Shown here one piece after another: positions 41,162-50,150 of a stretch of DNA of 62,086 nt (position 1 is the stretch's first letter; the number at the start of each line of letters is the position of its first letter). The translations under genes were made by a program, and so were the position numbers. The stretch comes from a virus (taxonomy: Duplodnaviria > Caudoviricetes), in IMG/VR virus record IMGVR_UViG_3300008120_000239, positions 1 to 62,086 of that record; one strand, given 5' to 3'. The notes below the pieces were generated by a model. It saw only the letters and a list, made by a program, of their open reading frames with translations, did not search any database and was not told where the DNA came from.

Positions 41162-41368
41162 ATGGCATTTTATCTTAGTAAAGTCCAATTTGAAATTACA
41201 AATGAAAATGGACGTGTGAAAAAACAAACAAGACAGTATATGGTTGATGCCGTATCTGTAACAGACGCAGAAGTTCAGATTAACAAGTATCTGAAGAACA
41301 GTACAGAACCATTTGAAGTAAAAACTATTTCAGAATCAAAAATCGTGGATTACATCAATGAACAATGA
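41162..41368 (+). CDS. DUF4494-like small protein
   Basis: FYLSKVQFE...ENGRVKK...YMVDAVSVTDAE...FEVKTISESKIVD; AAGGA RBS. Confidence 0.75.
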   Translation: MAFYLSKVQFEITNENGRVKKQTRQYMVDAVSVTDAEVQINKYLKNSTEPFEVKTISESKIVDYINEQ

Positions 41369-41780
41369 TTTGAAACCTCTGTTTAGAAAACTCGATAATT
41401 CATTCAAGTTGGTAAGTGAATCAGAAGACTTGAATGATTTGAAAGACCTTTATACTCAATTTGAGTTAGTCCGTGATGAAATCATTGAATGGATTGAAAA
41501 AAGATATTCAAGTGATGATGACATTTACAATCAACATATCAACGAAATGAGTAGAGTTGAAGGCCAAATATTCCAAAAATATGGTGGTGTACCAATCTTC
41601 GATGAAACACTTTCAGATGAAGAACTTGAAAATCTTTTTGAAGATTACTCAGCATATTTTCAAAGATATGGGTGTTTAGATTACACTGATATTATTTCTT
41701 GGGATAGTAGAAATGTTCTAATAGAGGATGAAATCGGTACAATGGAAATAGTTATGAGACCAGATCTTTTGATGAAGTAA
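41358..41780 (+). CDS. Hypothetical acidic protein
   Basis: Coupled ORF followed by a terminator. Confidence 0.6.
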   Translation: MNNDLKPLFRKLDNSFKLVSESEDLNDLKDLYTQFELVRDEIIEWIEKRYSSDDDIYNQHINEMSRVEGQIFQKYGGVPIFDETLSDEELENLFEDYSAYFQRYGCLDYTDIISWDSRNVLIEDEIGTMEIVMRPDLLMK

Positions 41781-41794
41781 TTTGGTCTCAATTG

Positions 41795-41837
41795 GATAAA
41801 CCTAAAAAATAAGGGGTTTAGGTTTATCTATATTTTT
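41795..41837 (+). terminator. Terminator hairpin
   Basis: gataaacctaaa...tttaggtttatc perfect inverted repeat followed by a T-rich tract. Confidence 0.6.
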
Positions 41838-41851
41838 ATTATTTTAATGAA

Positions 41852-42274
41852 ATGGTTTTTAAAATGAAAGTTTCAAGTAAATCAAAACTCCTTACGTGTG
41901 AAGGTAATAATCCAACAAGTAAGTATTATCCGGGTGCTCCCTGTCAAGTTAGGTTAGAGGTATCAGATAACGTTGTATCCGCAGTTTGTTGGCGTTGTTT
42001 AGCACGATTGGTACCAGCACCCGAAGAAAAGAAAAACCAATCTTCAATTGGATTCCCAAGAGGTTGGCAGTTTATGAATCAGTTTGTTCATTCGGATGGA
42101 AAAGTTTATCAAAAGGGTGTTGAACAACCTGAACTATTCGGTAAATTTGAACCGACCAAAATTAAAGAGTCAGAACCTAAACGTAGAAAGAAAGAAACAT
42201 TAGATGATAAAATTCAAAAACAATATTATCAAAAATTGAAAAAGAAGAAAACAACTAATAAGTCAAAAAAATGA
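41852..42274 (+). CDS. Hypothetical Cys-containing basic protein
   Basis: C...C...CWRC motif; GFPRGWQFM; Lys-rich tail. Confidence 0.55.
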   Translation: MVFKMKVSSKSKLLTCEGNNPTSKYYPGAPCQVRLEVSDNVVSAVCWRCLARLVPAPEEKKNQSSIGFPRGWQFMNQFVHSDGKVYQKGVEQPELFGKFEPTKIKESEPKRRKKETLDDKIQKQYYQKLKKKKTTNKSKK

Positions 42275-43149
42275 GTGATGATCAATATTGGAAAAAATCG
42301 ATAGTGTTCAGTAAACCAACATTTATACGTTCCAAAAATCAAAACAAAAATAATTTGGATAAGTACATAAGTCCAAGAGTGTTGGGAAGATTGGGAAATC
42401 AAATGTTTGAAATAGCAACTGCATATTCATTAGCAGCGGATAATAACTCAAACGTTGTTGTGTCATTAAAAAATGGAATCTACAATTCTATTGATGGTAA
42501 ATCCTCACCACCAACTCATTATGATAAAAATATATTTAGACACATCAAATTTGTGGAAAATATTGAAAATTATGATACTTGGAACGAAAAAACATTCAAA
42601 TATGAACCAATTGTCCATGATTTCAATAAAAATTTGTTACTAAATGGGTACTTTCAAAGTGAAAAGTACTTTAAACATAACAGAGACCTCATATTAAATT
42701 TGTTTAAACCGACAGACAATATAAAGGATTATATCGAAAAAAAGTACGGAAATATACTAAAAAAGTCTGTTAGTGTGCATATAAGACGTGGTGATAGGTT
42801 AAAATTAACAGAAATAATGCCACTTTGCAATCTTGACTATTACAAAAAAGCACTTTTACAATTTCCTGATGTAGACAATATTGTAGTCTTAACTGATGAT
42901 GCGGAATGGACTAAAAGAGTGTTTAGAGGCTCTAAATTCCACATAGTAGAAAATGAAACCGATTATGTTGACTTTTACATAATGTCCATGTGTGATAATA
43001 ATATAATTGCAAACAGTACGTTTAGTTGGTGGGCTGCTTGGTTAAATAAAAATAAAGATAAGATGGTTGTTGCACCGAGACAATGGTACAACGAAGAAGT
43101 TGAACATGATATAAATGAATTAATACCTAAAGGATGGTTGATGTTATGA
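42271..43149 (+). CDS. GT11 alpha-1,2-fucosyltransferase-like protein
   Basis: GRLGNQMF, GYFQSEKYF, HIRRGD, NSTFSWWAAWL. Confidence 0.9.
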   Translation: MSDDQYWKKSIVFSKPTFIRSKNQNKNNLDKYISPRVLGRLGNQMFEIATAYSLAADNNSNVVVSLKNGIYNSIDGKSSPPTHYDKNIFRHIKFVENIENYDTWNEKTFKYEPIVHDFNKNLLLNGYFQSEKYFKHNRDLILNLFKPTDNIKDYIEKKYGNILKKSVSVHIRRGDRLKLTEIMPLCNLDYYKKALLQFPDVDNIVVLTDDAEWTKRVFRGSKFHIVENETDYVDFYIMSMCDNNIIANSTFSWWAAWLNKNKDKMVVAPRQWYNEEVEHDINELIPKGWLML

Positions 43150-43331
43150 GTAGAAAATTTATAGAGTTAGTATCAGAATTCGATACGAAGTATGTTATCC
43201 CAATCGATTCTATCACAACCGTATACCAATCAGAACCAAATTCTCCGATAACTGAAGTGTATTATGGAAAAGAAGATTTTGTGAGAACAAAAACACCTTA
43301 CGATGTAATTGTTAATAAATTGTTTGAATAG
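43146..43331 (+). CDS. Small hypothetical protein (resembles 49926..50150)
   Basis: MSRKFIELV...IPIDSITTV...TEVYY. Confidence 0.5.
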   Translation: MSRKFIELVSEFDTKYVIPIDSITTVYQSEPNSPITEVYYGKEDFVRTKTPYDVIVNKLFE

Positions 43332-43332
43332 T

Positions 43333-43599
43333 ATGAACTGTAATAGAAGAACAAAGTTGGTAAAAAAATGGTCTAAACAACTTTACAAAGTGATAGTTAA
43401 GGACGTTATCCTTCAAGATATAATATTTGAAAGAAAGGATATGTCACATGAAGAAGCTACTTCTGTATTCATTGGATTAAAGGATCATTTTGGTATAGAG
43501 GGTGAAACGATGATTCAATTGAGAAAAATAGGAATGTTTTCAATTGGTAATGACTACAGTATATCACTAAAGAAACAGAATAGGAAACGATTAATATAA
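43333..43599 (+). CDS. Hypothetical protein
   Basis: ORF in an operon; start placed at MNCNRR. Confidence 0.5.
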   Translation: MNCNRRTKLVKKWSKQLYKVIVKDVILQDIIFERKDMSHEEATSVFIGLKDHFGIEGETMIQLRKIGMFSIGNDYSISLKKQNRKRLI

Positions 43600-43635
43600 T
43601 TATAGCATTTATTCAAATATCAAATACGATTAATA

Positions 43636-43890
43636 ATGAAAGACATCAAAATTGACTACACAGGAATAGGAATAGTCGTATTATCATTAGCAACATTGAT
43701 TATGATTGCAACTATTTCTTGGTTTATGTTTGAACAAACAACTTTAGAAAATGAAACTAAAAGAAAAATGTTTGAATATGAATTGAAAGAAAAACAATTA
43801 AAGATTCAAAATGATTCTCTAAATTTAGAATCATTAAAAAAATGGAATAATATGCCCTCTCAATATTGGGAAGGTAAAGGTGAAGAATAA
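43636..43890 (+). CDS. Small membrane protein
   Basis: One TM segment plus coiled coil. Confidence 0.55.
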   Translation: MKDIKIDYTGIGIVVLSLATLIMIATISWFMFEQTTLENETKRKMFEYELKEKQLKIQNDSLNLESLKKWNNMPSQYWEGKGEE

Positions 43891-43896
43891 AATAGT

Positions 43897-43968
43897 GATC
43901 CTATCGACTAACGGTTAGGTCACTACCCTTTCAAGGTAGCAGTACGGGTTCAAATCCCGTTAGGATTA
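43897..43968 (+). tRNA. tRNA-Glu (TTC)
   Basis: Acceptor GATCCTA/TAGGATT; anticodon arm CTACC-CTTTCAA-GGTAG; T arm ACGGG-TTCAAAT-CCCGT; no encoded CCA. Confidence 0.92.
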
Positions 43969-43975
43969 CAAAAAT

Positions 43976-44049
43976 GGGCCTATAGCTCAATTGGTTAGAG
44001 CAAACGACTCATAATCGTTAGGTTGGGGGTTCAAGTCCCTCTGGGCCCA
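43976..44049 (+). tRNA. tRNA with CAT anticodon, most likely Ile2 (lysidine type)
   Basis: GGGCCTA/TGGGCCC acceptor; AACGA-CTCATAA-TCGTT anticodon arm. It lacks the three G-C pairs of initiator tRNA, and the acceptor resembles Ile2 tRNAs. Confidence 0.85.
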
Positions 44050-44067
44050 CTCATATAAGGAACATAT

Positions 44068-44685
44068 ATGACAGAAACAGAAGTCATGGAATGGCTTAAA
44101 CAAAATAGGCCAGACATTTACTACATAAAGGTTGCTTCAGACAATTTCTTGGAAAAAGGAAATGTCCGTGAATTAGGAAAAATATTCTCAGAAGCAAACG
44201 AATATGTTCAACGAGATTGGATTCACGATAACACAGAACTTCGAGTTGTTAGAAATGATGATTACACCCTAAGTAATAATGGGTTGAATTATGACCTAAT
44301 AACAGCGGATGGTTTATTAAAAATACAATGTAAGTTGAGATTTTCAAAATTACACATAGAACAGACAAGAAGACCTACAAAAAACAATTCCTTAAACAAC
44401 AGGGCATCATCGGGTTACGTTAGATATGCTGTAGGTGAATCGGATATTTACTTATTCTCAAGACCAAAATCTATACAAAAATATAGCGATGTTAAATCTT
44501 GGGATATAGTTGCAATACCCGAATATGAGTTATGGGACAATGATAAACCCGGATTATTAAAGGTTTCCGTATCTGAACGAATTTTCAAGGAATATTTGGG
44601 TAGAACAAAGGAAACATTAGAAAGACAGTATTTTTTAAAAAAGGTTTTACACTACAGAAACGGGGTTAGTTATGAAAAAAACTGA
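44068..44685 (+). CDS. PD-(D/E)xK-like nuclease
   Basis: E...NGLNYDLITADGLLKIQCK pattern; directly follows the tRNAs. Confidence 0.55.
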   Translation: MTETEVMEWLKQNRPDIYYIKVASDNFLEKGNVRELGKIFSEANEYVQRDWIHDNTELRVVRNDDYTLSNNGLNYDLITADGLLKIQCKLRFSKLHIEQTRRPTKNNSLNNRASSGYVRYAVGESDIYLFSRPKSIQKYSDVKSWDIVAIPEYELWDNDKPGLLKVSVSERIFKEYLGRTKETLERQYFLKKVLHYRNGVSYEKN

Positions 44686-45151
44686 TATTGAACAGTTAGA
44701 AGAAATGATAGCTGTTGGAAAAATTCTATTAGAAGAACGTCCTGACGATTCGTGGTTGAGACGAGGAATTGGTGTGATGCAAGCAGAAGTAAATAAATTA
44801 AAAGGCATTCCAAATAAAGTGGAAACAAAAATGAAAAATAAAAAACAAAAATGGACACTTAACTTCAAAGATTGGGATTTATACGTAACAAATGTATTCC
44901 TTATTTTTCCATTTATTCCAATCTACTGTATTCTTTCAGTATTACTACCGATACATTCTGATAACACAGCATTTTATGCTTCGGGTATACTTTTTATGGT
45001 AGCAACTATTTTATTGCCCGTTGAAAAAATAATGCAGAAGTATTTTAGTAATAACAAAATTTTACCAAATATGCCAATTATACATGGATCTACCATTATA
45101 TTGTCACTATTATCTTTTGCATATTGGATGTTGACACTTACAAATTGGTAA
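44672..45151 (+). CDS. Membrane protein (3 TM)
   Basis: Hydrophobic C-terminal half. Confidence 0.55.
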   Translation: MKKTDIEQLEEMIAVGKILLEERPDDSWLRRGIGVMQAEVNKLKGIPNKVETKMKNKKQKWTLNFKDWDLYVTNVFLIFPFIPIYCILSVLLPIHSDNTAFYASGILFMVATILLPVEKIMQKYFSNNKILPNMPIIHGSTIILSLLSFAYWMLTLTNW

Positions 45152-45212
45152 TTTTTTACAAATGCTTATATTTATTACAAATAGATTTTTGTAAATGATT
45201 GGTGGAATCCAA

Positions 45213-46676
45213 ATGAAAGATTTGGTTAAAGAGGGAAGAGAACTTCAAGATAGGGTTTTAGAAAACCTAAAAGAACAATCTTTTAGTGGTGATGCTGAGT
45301 CCGTAAAGGAATCTTCAACATATGAGGTAGTTATACCAAATTCATTTGATGCGTTTAAAAAAATAACAGGTATGAGTAGAATAGATTTGAGTAAGGTAAA
45401 ACCAAAAGTTGCCTTTCAAATCTTTTGTGCTTTAGCAAAAAAGGGTTCAACCGAAAGTGATGTAGATAAATTTAAAACATTCGTTGTAGTGTCAACTGAA
45501 GATGGTGACACCTTTGCTTTTGATGGTAAAGGTAAAACCATCAACACAGCAAACGTTTTTCGTTCAACACAACTTTCGAGTTCAACATTCAAGTTCGGTG
45601 CAAATAGGGGTAAAGTTATTTTGTCAAAACCCGAAGAACGTGGAATTGGAAATACCATAGATACACTGTATAAGCAATCTGCAAAAGATTTTGCGGATTT
45701 TAAAAAACGAACAAAAGAAAAAATAGGATTAGGTAAAAAGAAATTAGGATTGGGTGGGGAGACTGTTGTAAAAGATACAAATGAATTAACGGTAATAATG
45801 CCTAATTCATTAGAATCTTTGAAAAGTATAACAGACAAAGATGATTTCAATTATAAAATAACAAAGTCCGATGGGCAAGTCGCATACCAAATTTTTGTCG
45901 TTGTGCATAAAGATAGTTCAAAAAACTTTAATAGTAAAGAATATAAAACTATAACTGTTTATGCAAACGGTGATGGTACACATCAAATATTTGACCACCG
46001 TGATAAAAAAATTACAATAGATGAATTGATGAAGGTAACGGGTTTACCTCGTTCACTGTTTAGATATGGTGCAAATGAGGGTGAAATATTCCAATTAGAA
46101 ACCGAATTTAAACCAAAAAATACATTAGACTTATTAAAACACATCTTTACAAACAGTCAAAAGGACGGTGATAACAAAGCTCCATTCTTTAAAAAACAAC
46201 AGACTCAAAAGAAAGACGGTATGCTTAAACAAATTGCAAAGGGTGTTATAAATAAAATAAAGTCTAAGCGTGAAATAAAAGAAGAAGATGGTGAAGAAAC
46301 ACCACAGACAAAACAAATTCCAACTACAAATGCGGATTCACGTGTCGTACTTGATAATAAGGATGTAAAAATATCAATCCCAAGAAGTGTAGAATTTATA
46401 AGGGATGTTAGTAAGGATACGAAATGGATGGTGACGGGTGGAACATTCGGCGGATCAGAATTTGACAAGTATAAAAAAGAAAAATATACTATTTATATCA
46501 TAGAAGTGAAAAAAGAATCACCGACTTACAGCAATAGATTGATGCGAAAAGTGGCAGTTTTAGTTAATGCTTCCAATCAAATTACTTGCTATGATGTGAT
46601 GGATAACTTGGTCGATTTACAAAAAGTTTTAAAAATAGCAAATACAAATAGATCCTTTTTCAAAAAAATGATGTAA
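45213..46676 (+). CDS. Protein with three tandem related domains, possibly head-packaged
   Basis: Three repeats V.IP.S......YQIF/YTIY...K...V......D..D..I...V.......S.F; ATATTTAT at 45168; start placed at MKDLVKE. Confidence 0.65.
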   Translation: MKDLVKEGRELQDRVLENLKEQSFSGDAESVKESSTYEVVIPNSFDAFKKITGMSRIDLSKVKPKVAFQIFCALAKKGSTESDVDKFKTFVVVSTEDGDTFAFDGKGKTINTANVFRSTQLSSSTFKFGANRGKVILSKPEERGIGNTIDTLYKQSAKDFADFKKRTKEKIGLGKKKLGLGGETVVKDTNELTVIMPNSLESLKSITDKDDFNYKITKSDGQVAYQIFVVVHKDSSKNFNSKEYKTITVYANGDGTHQIFDHRDKKITIDELMKVTGLPRSLFRYGANEGEIFQLETEFKPKNTLDLLKHIFTNSQKDGDNKAPFFKKQQTQKKDGMLKQIAKGVINKIKSKREIKEEDGEETPQTKQIPTTNADSRVVLDNKDVKISIPRSVEFIRDVSKDTKWMVTGGTFGGSEFDKYKKEKYTIYIIEVKKESPTYSNRLMRKVAVLVNASNQITCYDVMDNLVDLQKVLKIANTNRSFFKKMM

Positions 46677-46687
46677 CGGAGAAAACG

Positions 46688-46927
46688 ATGAAATTAAAAG
46701 ATCTTGTCTCAAAAAATAAGAATCTAAATGAAACGTCACATGAACCCGAAGAAGAAATAAAAGAGTATTCTTTAGATTTACGTGAAGAAGAAGATGGCGG
46801 TGGTGAAGGTCTCAATAGAATCATAAATTTGAGAATTTCAGACGGTCAATTCAAAAAAATAAAAAATAAAGCAACAGATGAAAAAACATCAGTTTCAGAC
46901 TTCATTAGAGGAAAGTTATTTAAATGA
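46688..46927 (+). CDS. Small protein with C-terminal ribbon-helix-helix
   Basis: IINLRISDGQFKKIKNKA....SVSDFIR; GGAG RBS. Confidence 0.65.
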   Translation: MKLKDLVSKNKNLNETSHEPEEEIKEYSLDLREEEDGGGEGLNRIINLRISDGQFKKIKNKATDEKTSVSDFIRGKLFK

Positions 46928-47223
46928 TTGATATTTCATTTAAAGATGATGTTATGTATTATTCGGGAATACCATTCAATTTGTATGGTATTATCGGTAT
47001 TTTTAAAATGTTCAATTATTCATTTAACCCGTCTGTTTGGTCATCGGGATTAAATGAAATGGGAGTTGAATATATTATTGATTATTCCGTTAAACTTAGT
47101 AATGGTGATAACAGTTATCTTTTTGATAAAAACGATTTATTTGTAATAAAAGGTTGGTTAAAAGAGAATCATAAAGAGTGGTATGACCTATTACCAACGA
47201 TTGATTCCCAAATAAAGGAATAA
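46924..47223 (+). CDS. Hypothetical protein
   Basis: Coupled ORF. Confidence 0.5.
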   Translation: MIDISFKDDVMYYSGIPFNLYGIIGIFKMFNYSFNPSVWSSGLNEMGVEYIIDYSVKLSNGDNSYLFDKNDLFVIKGWLKENHKEWYDLLPTIDSQIKE

Positions 47224-47226
47224 TTT

Positions 47227-47820
47227 ATGGCTTTTAGTGTGGTGGATAGGTTTTTAAACGGTTTAGTTTTATTAAAACCCGATGTTTATATGGATGATCG
47301 CGGCTTTTTTATGGAAAGTTATCGTAGCGATATGTTCAAAGATTTGGGTTTGCCCACCGAATTTGCTCAAGAAAATCACTCAAAATCTGCAATAAATGTG
47401 CTTAGAGGACTACATTTTCAATGGAATAGTCCTATGGGCAAGTTAATTCGAGTTGTTTCGGGTAAAGCTGTCTTTGCTGAAGTTGATATTAGATATAATT
47501 CTCCTACTTTATATCAACACGCCATGTTTGAATTAGATGCAAAAGATAAATTATTACTATGGGTTCCTGCGGGATTTGCAAATGGATTCCTCTCACTTGC
47601 AGAAGGAACTGAAATAATTTATAAATGCACTACTACATATAATCCTACGGGTGAAAGTGGTATCTCATGGAACGATCCGAAACTGAATATAAATTGGTCT
47701 AAGTATCTTATGAACACCAAACCCATTCTTTCGTATAAGGATGATAATGCACAAACCCTGAGAGAGTGGTTGGGTAAGGACGAGTCGAAGTCGTTTAGTA
47801 TTAATGTTCAATCTGCATAG
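47227..47820 (+). CDS. rmlC: dTDP-4-dehydrorhamnose 3,5-epimerase
   Basis: DDRGFFMESY, QENHSKS..NVLRGLHFQ, VDIR..SPT, WVPAGFANGF, YKCT. Confidence 0.93.
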   Translation: MAFSVVDRFLNGLVLLKPDVYMDDRGFFMESYRSDMFKDLGLPTEFAQENHSKSAINVLRGLHFQWNSPMGKLIRVVSGKAVFAEVDIRYNSPTLYQHAMFELDAKDKLLLWVPAGFANGFLSLAEGTEIIYKCTTTYNPTGESGISWNDPKLNINWSKYLMNTKPILSYKDDNAQTLREWLGKDESKSFSINVQSA

Positions 47821-47828
47821 GTAATAAT

Positions 47829-48002
47829 ATGAAGTTTTTAAAAAGTCACGATGGAATTGCATTAACAGTACTTGTCGTTGCAATTTTATTTACGGTACTA
47901 ACGAGAAATATTTTTGTTAAAACCGAAAAGGTCGAAAAAACACATGTTTCTTGCATGGAGTATACAGACATTGATTCACAGTGTATGCCGATGAGGCAAT
48001 GA
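47829..48002 (+). CDS. Small membrane protein (57 aa)
   Basis: Manual ORF MKFLKSHDGIALTVLVVAILFTVLTRN...; AGG upstream. Confidence 0.5.
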   Translation: MKFLKSHDGIALTVLVVAILFTVLTRNIFVKTEKVEKTHVSCMEYTDIDSQCMPMRQ

Positions 48003-48087
48003 TGAATTATGTATGAGTATGTAACGATGTTAAAATTAATTCGATTGTAACAATTGTTCTATTATTTGGGGCTACTTGAGTAACAGA

Positions 48088-48313
48088 GACTTTTTTGATG
48101 CTAAGGTGTACCACCTTACCATCTTCAAAAGTCCATCAATTGTCCCTAATGGTTAGGGGGTTTGTAATAGTTTCGGTGATTTTTAAATCTCGTTATGCAA
48201 CTACACAATATTAATTTCATAAATTGTGTCATAGAATCCTCGCTAAGAGACGAAAATGTTTTATGACTATAATTTATGGTGTTTATAAAAAACGATTGAT
48301 AGCGAAGACGCTA
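48088..48313 (+). ncRNA. Candidate multi-stem structured RNA (strand inferred)
   Basis: ORF-free region with five or six nested or adjacent stems; G.U pairs favour the plus strand. Confidence 0.5.
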
Positions 48314-48335
48314 CACGGGTAAAACGGAGTAAATA

Positions 48336-48776
48336 ATGGCATATAAGACCTTAAATAAGAGTGGTAACACTAAAAATGCTTATATTTGGGTAGAAAAGTT
48401 GTTAGAAAAGTTATTTTACGAGTCTAACGGTAAGAGAAATGATGATATAGATGCAACAAAAATAAAAGGTCTATCATCCGCTTCTAAACAATATTTGGCA
48501 CATCTTTATGACCATTTAGAGTCAAATCGTGCAATTTACTTGACAGCGTTCAAGGATCGCTTCAAAAAAACACCCGAAACCGTTGAAGAAAAGATTTTTA
48601 CCATTGCCTCTAACCATTTTGGTGGGTTTGGACGTAATGGATGGGCACAATCTAAAATCACTACACTACCGTTGCCCACCAACGATGTAATAAATGATTT
48701 GATTCGTGTAATGATGGATGGACAACGTAAACAAGAATTAGTAGACTTGGCAAAGAAATTAGGCCTATCGGAGTGA
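48336..48776 (+). CDS. Hypothetical protein
   Basis: GGAG RBS; 146 aa. Confidence 0.65.
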   Translation: MAYKTLNKSGNTKNAYIWVEKLLEKLFYESNGKRNDDIDATKIKGLSSASKQYLAHLYDHLESNRAIYLTAFKDRFKKTPETVEEKIFTIASNHFGGFGRNGWAQSKITTLPLPTNDVINDLIRVMMDGQRKQELVDLAKKLGLSE

Positions 48777-48779
48777 ATA

Positions 48780-48989
48780 ATGGAAGATAACAAGGATATG
48801 ATTACCAAGCATATAATGGTTAACGAGAATATATTTAAAGCACTATACGAACATATTAAAGAATTGGAAGGCATTGGCATTCAAAATCCAATAGAAAATA
48901 TAAAGGGTATGCTTGATTCAATCAAAATAGCAACGCAACTATCAATCGATGATGATGACGACCATCACGGCGATAATGTAGATTTTTAA
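48780..48989 (+). CDS. Hypothetical protein
   Basis: GGAG RBS. Confidence 0.55.
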   Translation: MEDNKDMITKHIMVNENIFKALYEHIKELEGIGIQNPIENIKGMLDSIKIATQLSIDDDDDHHGDNVDF

Positions 48990-49000
48990 TTAGGTGACAC

Positions 49001-49357
49001 ATGAGCAGACCAAAAACAATTATATTAGACATAGATGGCACATTAGTAGAACATGCACCACCAAACGTGGCACAAGGTTATACACACAAAATGGTGTTGT
49101 TGGAAGGTACAATAGAAAAATTAATAGAGTGGGACAGATTAGGTTATAATATAATTCTCCTAACGGGAAGACGTGAAAGCCTAAGACGACAAACAGAACG
49201 TCAATTAGAAGAAGTTGGCATATTCTACGACCAATTGATTATGGGTGTAGGTGGTGGTTGTCGTATCCTTATCAATGATAAGAAACCAACAGGTGAGATA
49301 ACCTCAATAGCGTTTAATCCTGAACGTAATGAAGGTATAAAAGACATTAATGTATAA
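49001..49357 (+). CDS. HAD-superfamily phosphatase-like protein
   Basis: LDIDGTL, LLTGRRE, YDQLIMG, INDK. Confidence 0.85.
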   Translation: MSRPKTIILDIDGTLVEHAPPNVAQGYTHKMVLLEGTIEKLIEWDRLGYNIILLTGRRESLRRQTERQLEEVGIFYDQLIMGVGGGCRILINDKKPTGEITSIAFNPERNEGIKDINV

Positions 49358-49363
49358 TATAAT

Positions 49364-49567
49364 ATGGTGAGAGTTATGGACGAAACAATTATGACAGTGG
49401 AAGAACGATTAGATATATTAGAAAGAAAGCTAAAAATATATGAAGATATGATTAATCACATGAATAATGTTATACGTGATAATCTCATTCAAAAGATAGA
49501 ACAGGTTACAAGAGATATGGTTTCTGAGGGATATGAGAGTACCGCAAAAAATAATGATGGTTTGTAA
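49364..49567 (+). CDS. Small coiled-coil protein
   Basis: MTVEERLDILERKL. Confidence 0.5.
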   Translation: MVRVMDETIMTVEERLDILERKLKIYEDMINHMNNVIRDNLIQKIEQVTRDMVSEGYESTAKNNDGL

Positions 49568-49571
49568 AAAG

Positions 49572-49606
49572 TGCTTGGATCGTATTCCAAAATTCCTTAT
49601 ATTAGT
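49572..49606 (+). promoter_or_regulatory. Promoter TGCTTG-N20-TATATTAGT directly upstream of a hairpin sRNA
   Basis: Exact motif copy. Confidence 0.75.
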
Positions 49607-49611
49607 ACTAT

Positions 49612-49700
49612 AAATTGATAAATGATGAATTCGGCAGATTTGGTAGGACCGCTCCTCCACAACCAACTATCCACCCTACCATTTCTGTCGGTGTTTTTTT
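49612..49700 (+). ncRNA. Candidate hairpin sRNA with C-rich anti-SD loop
   Basis: Stem 49631-49647/49675-49691, 27-nt loop containing CTCCTCC, T7 tract, own promoter. Confidence 0.6.
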
Positions 49701-49716
49701 AAGGTAAAGCTACACT

Positions 49717-49929
49717 ATGAAATTATTTGTAATATTAGAATGGAAGTGGGAAGTAGAAACTACGGTTGAAAGCGACTTCAAAGTATTAGGAATTTTTTCA
49801 GACATAGAGGATGCCCAATTTAATTTGGATAAACTTCAAAGGGACGCCTTAATACGAGAAACACGGGGTTGTTTCTTTTGGATTGAAGAACATAACTTAA
49901 ACGAACTAAAAGAGGGTGTGTCACGATGA
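49717..49929 (+). CDS. Small hypothetical phage protein
   Basis: VLGIFSDIEDA...FWIEEHNL pattern common in small phage ORFs. Confidence 0.55.
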   Translation: MKLFVILEWKWEVETTVESDFKVLGIFSDIEDAQFNLDKLQRDALIRETRGCFFWIEEHNLNELKEGVSR

Positions 49930-50150
49930 ACACAGACTTACTACATCTATACAAAATATACCCAATAGAAGATGAAAAAGATATTATCTTCCTAAATACA
50001 GCAACAATTACAAATATATCAGTAAGTGACACGAATACAAATTGGTCGGAGATTCAAACTACTATCAGAACTAAACCATACGTTGTTGATATGCAGATTG
50101 ATGATTTAGTATCAGATATAAATTTCAAACGTGCAAGGATGGTTAGGTAA
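49926..50150 (+). CDS. Small hypothetical protein
   Basis: Coupled ORF. Confidence 0.55.
   Translation: MNTDLLHLYKIYPIEDEKDIIFLNTATITNISVSDTNTNWSEIQTTIRTKPYVVDMQIDDLVSDINFKRARMVR

Noticed and set aside
48068-48320. tmRNA, group I intron or hammerhead ribozyme
   Set aside because: It begins GGGGCT but has no T-arm/CCA 3' end, no interrupted host gene and no CUGANGA/GAAA core.
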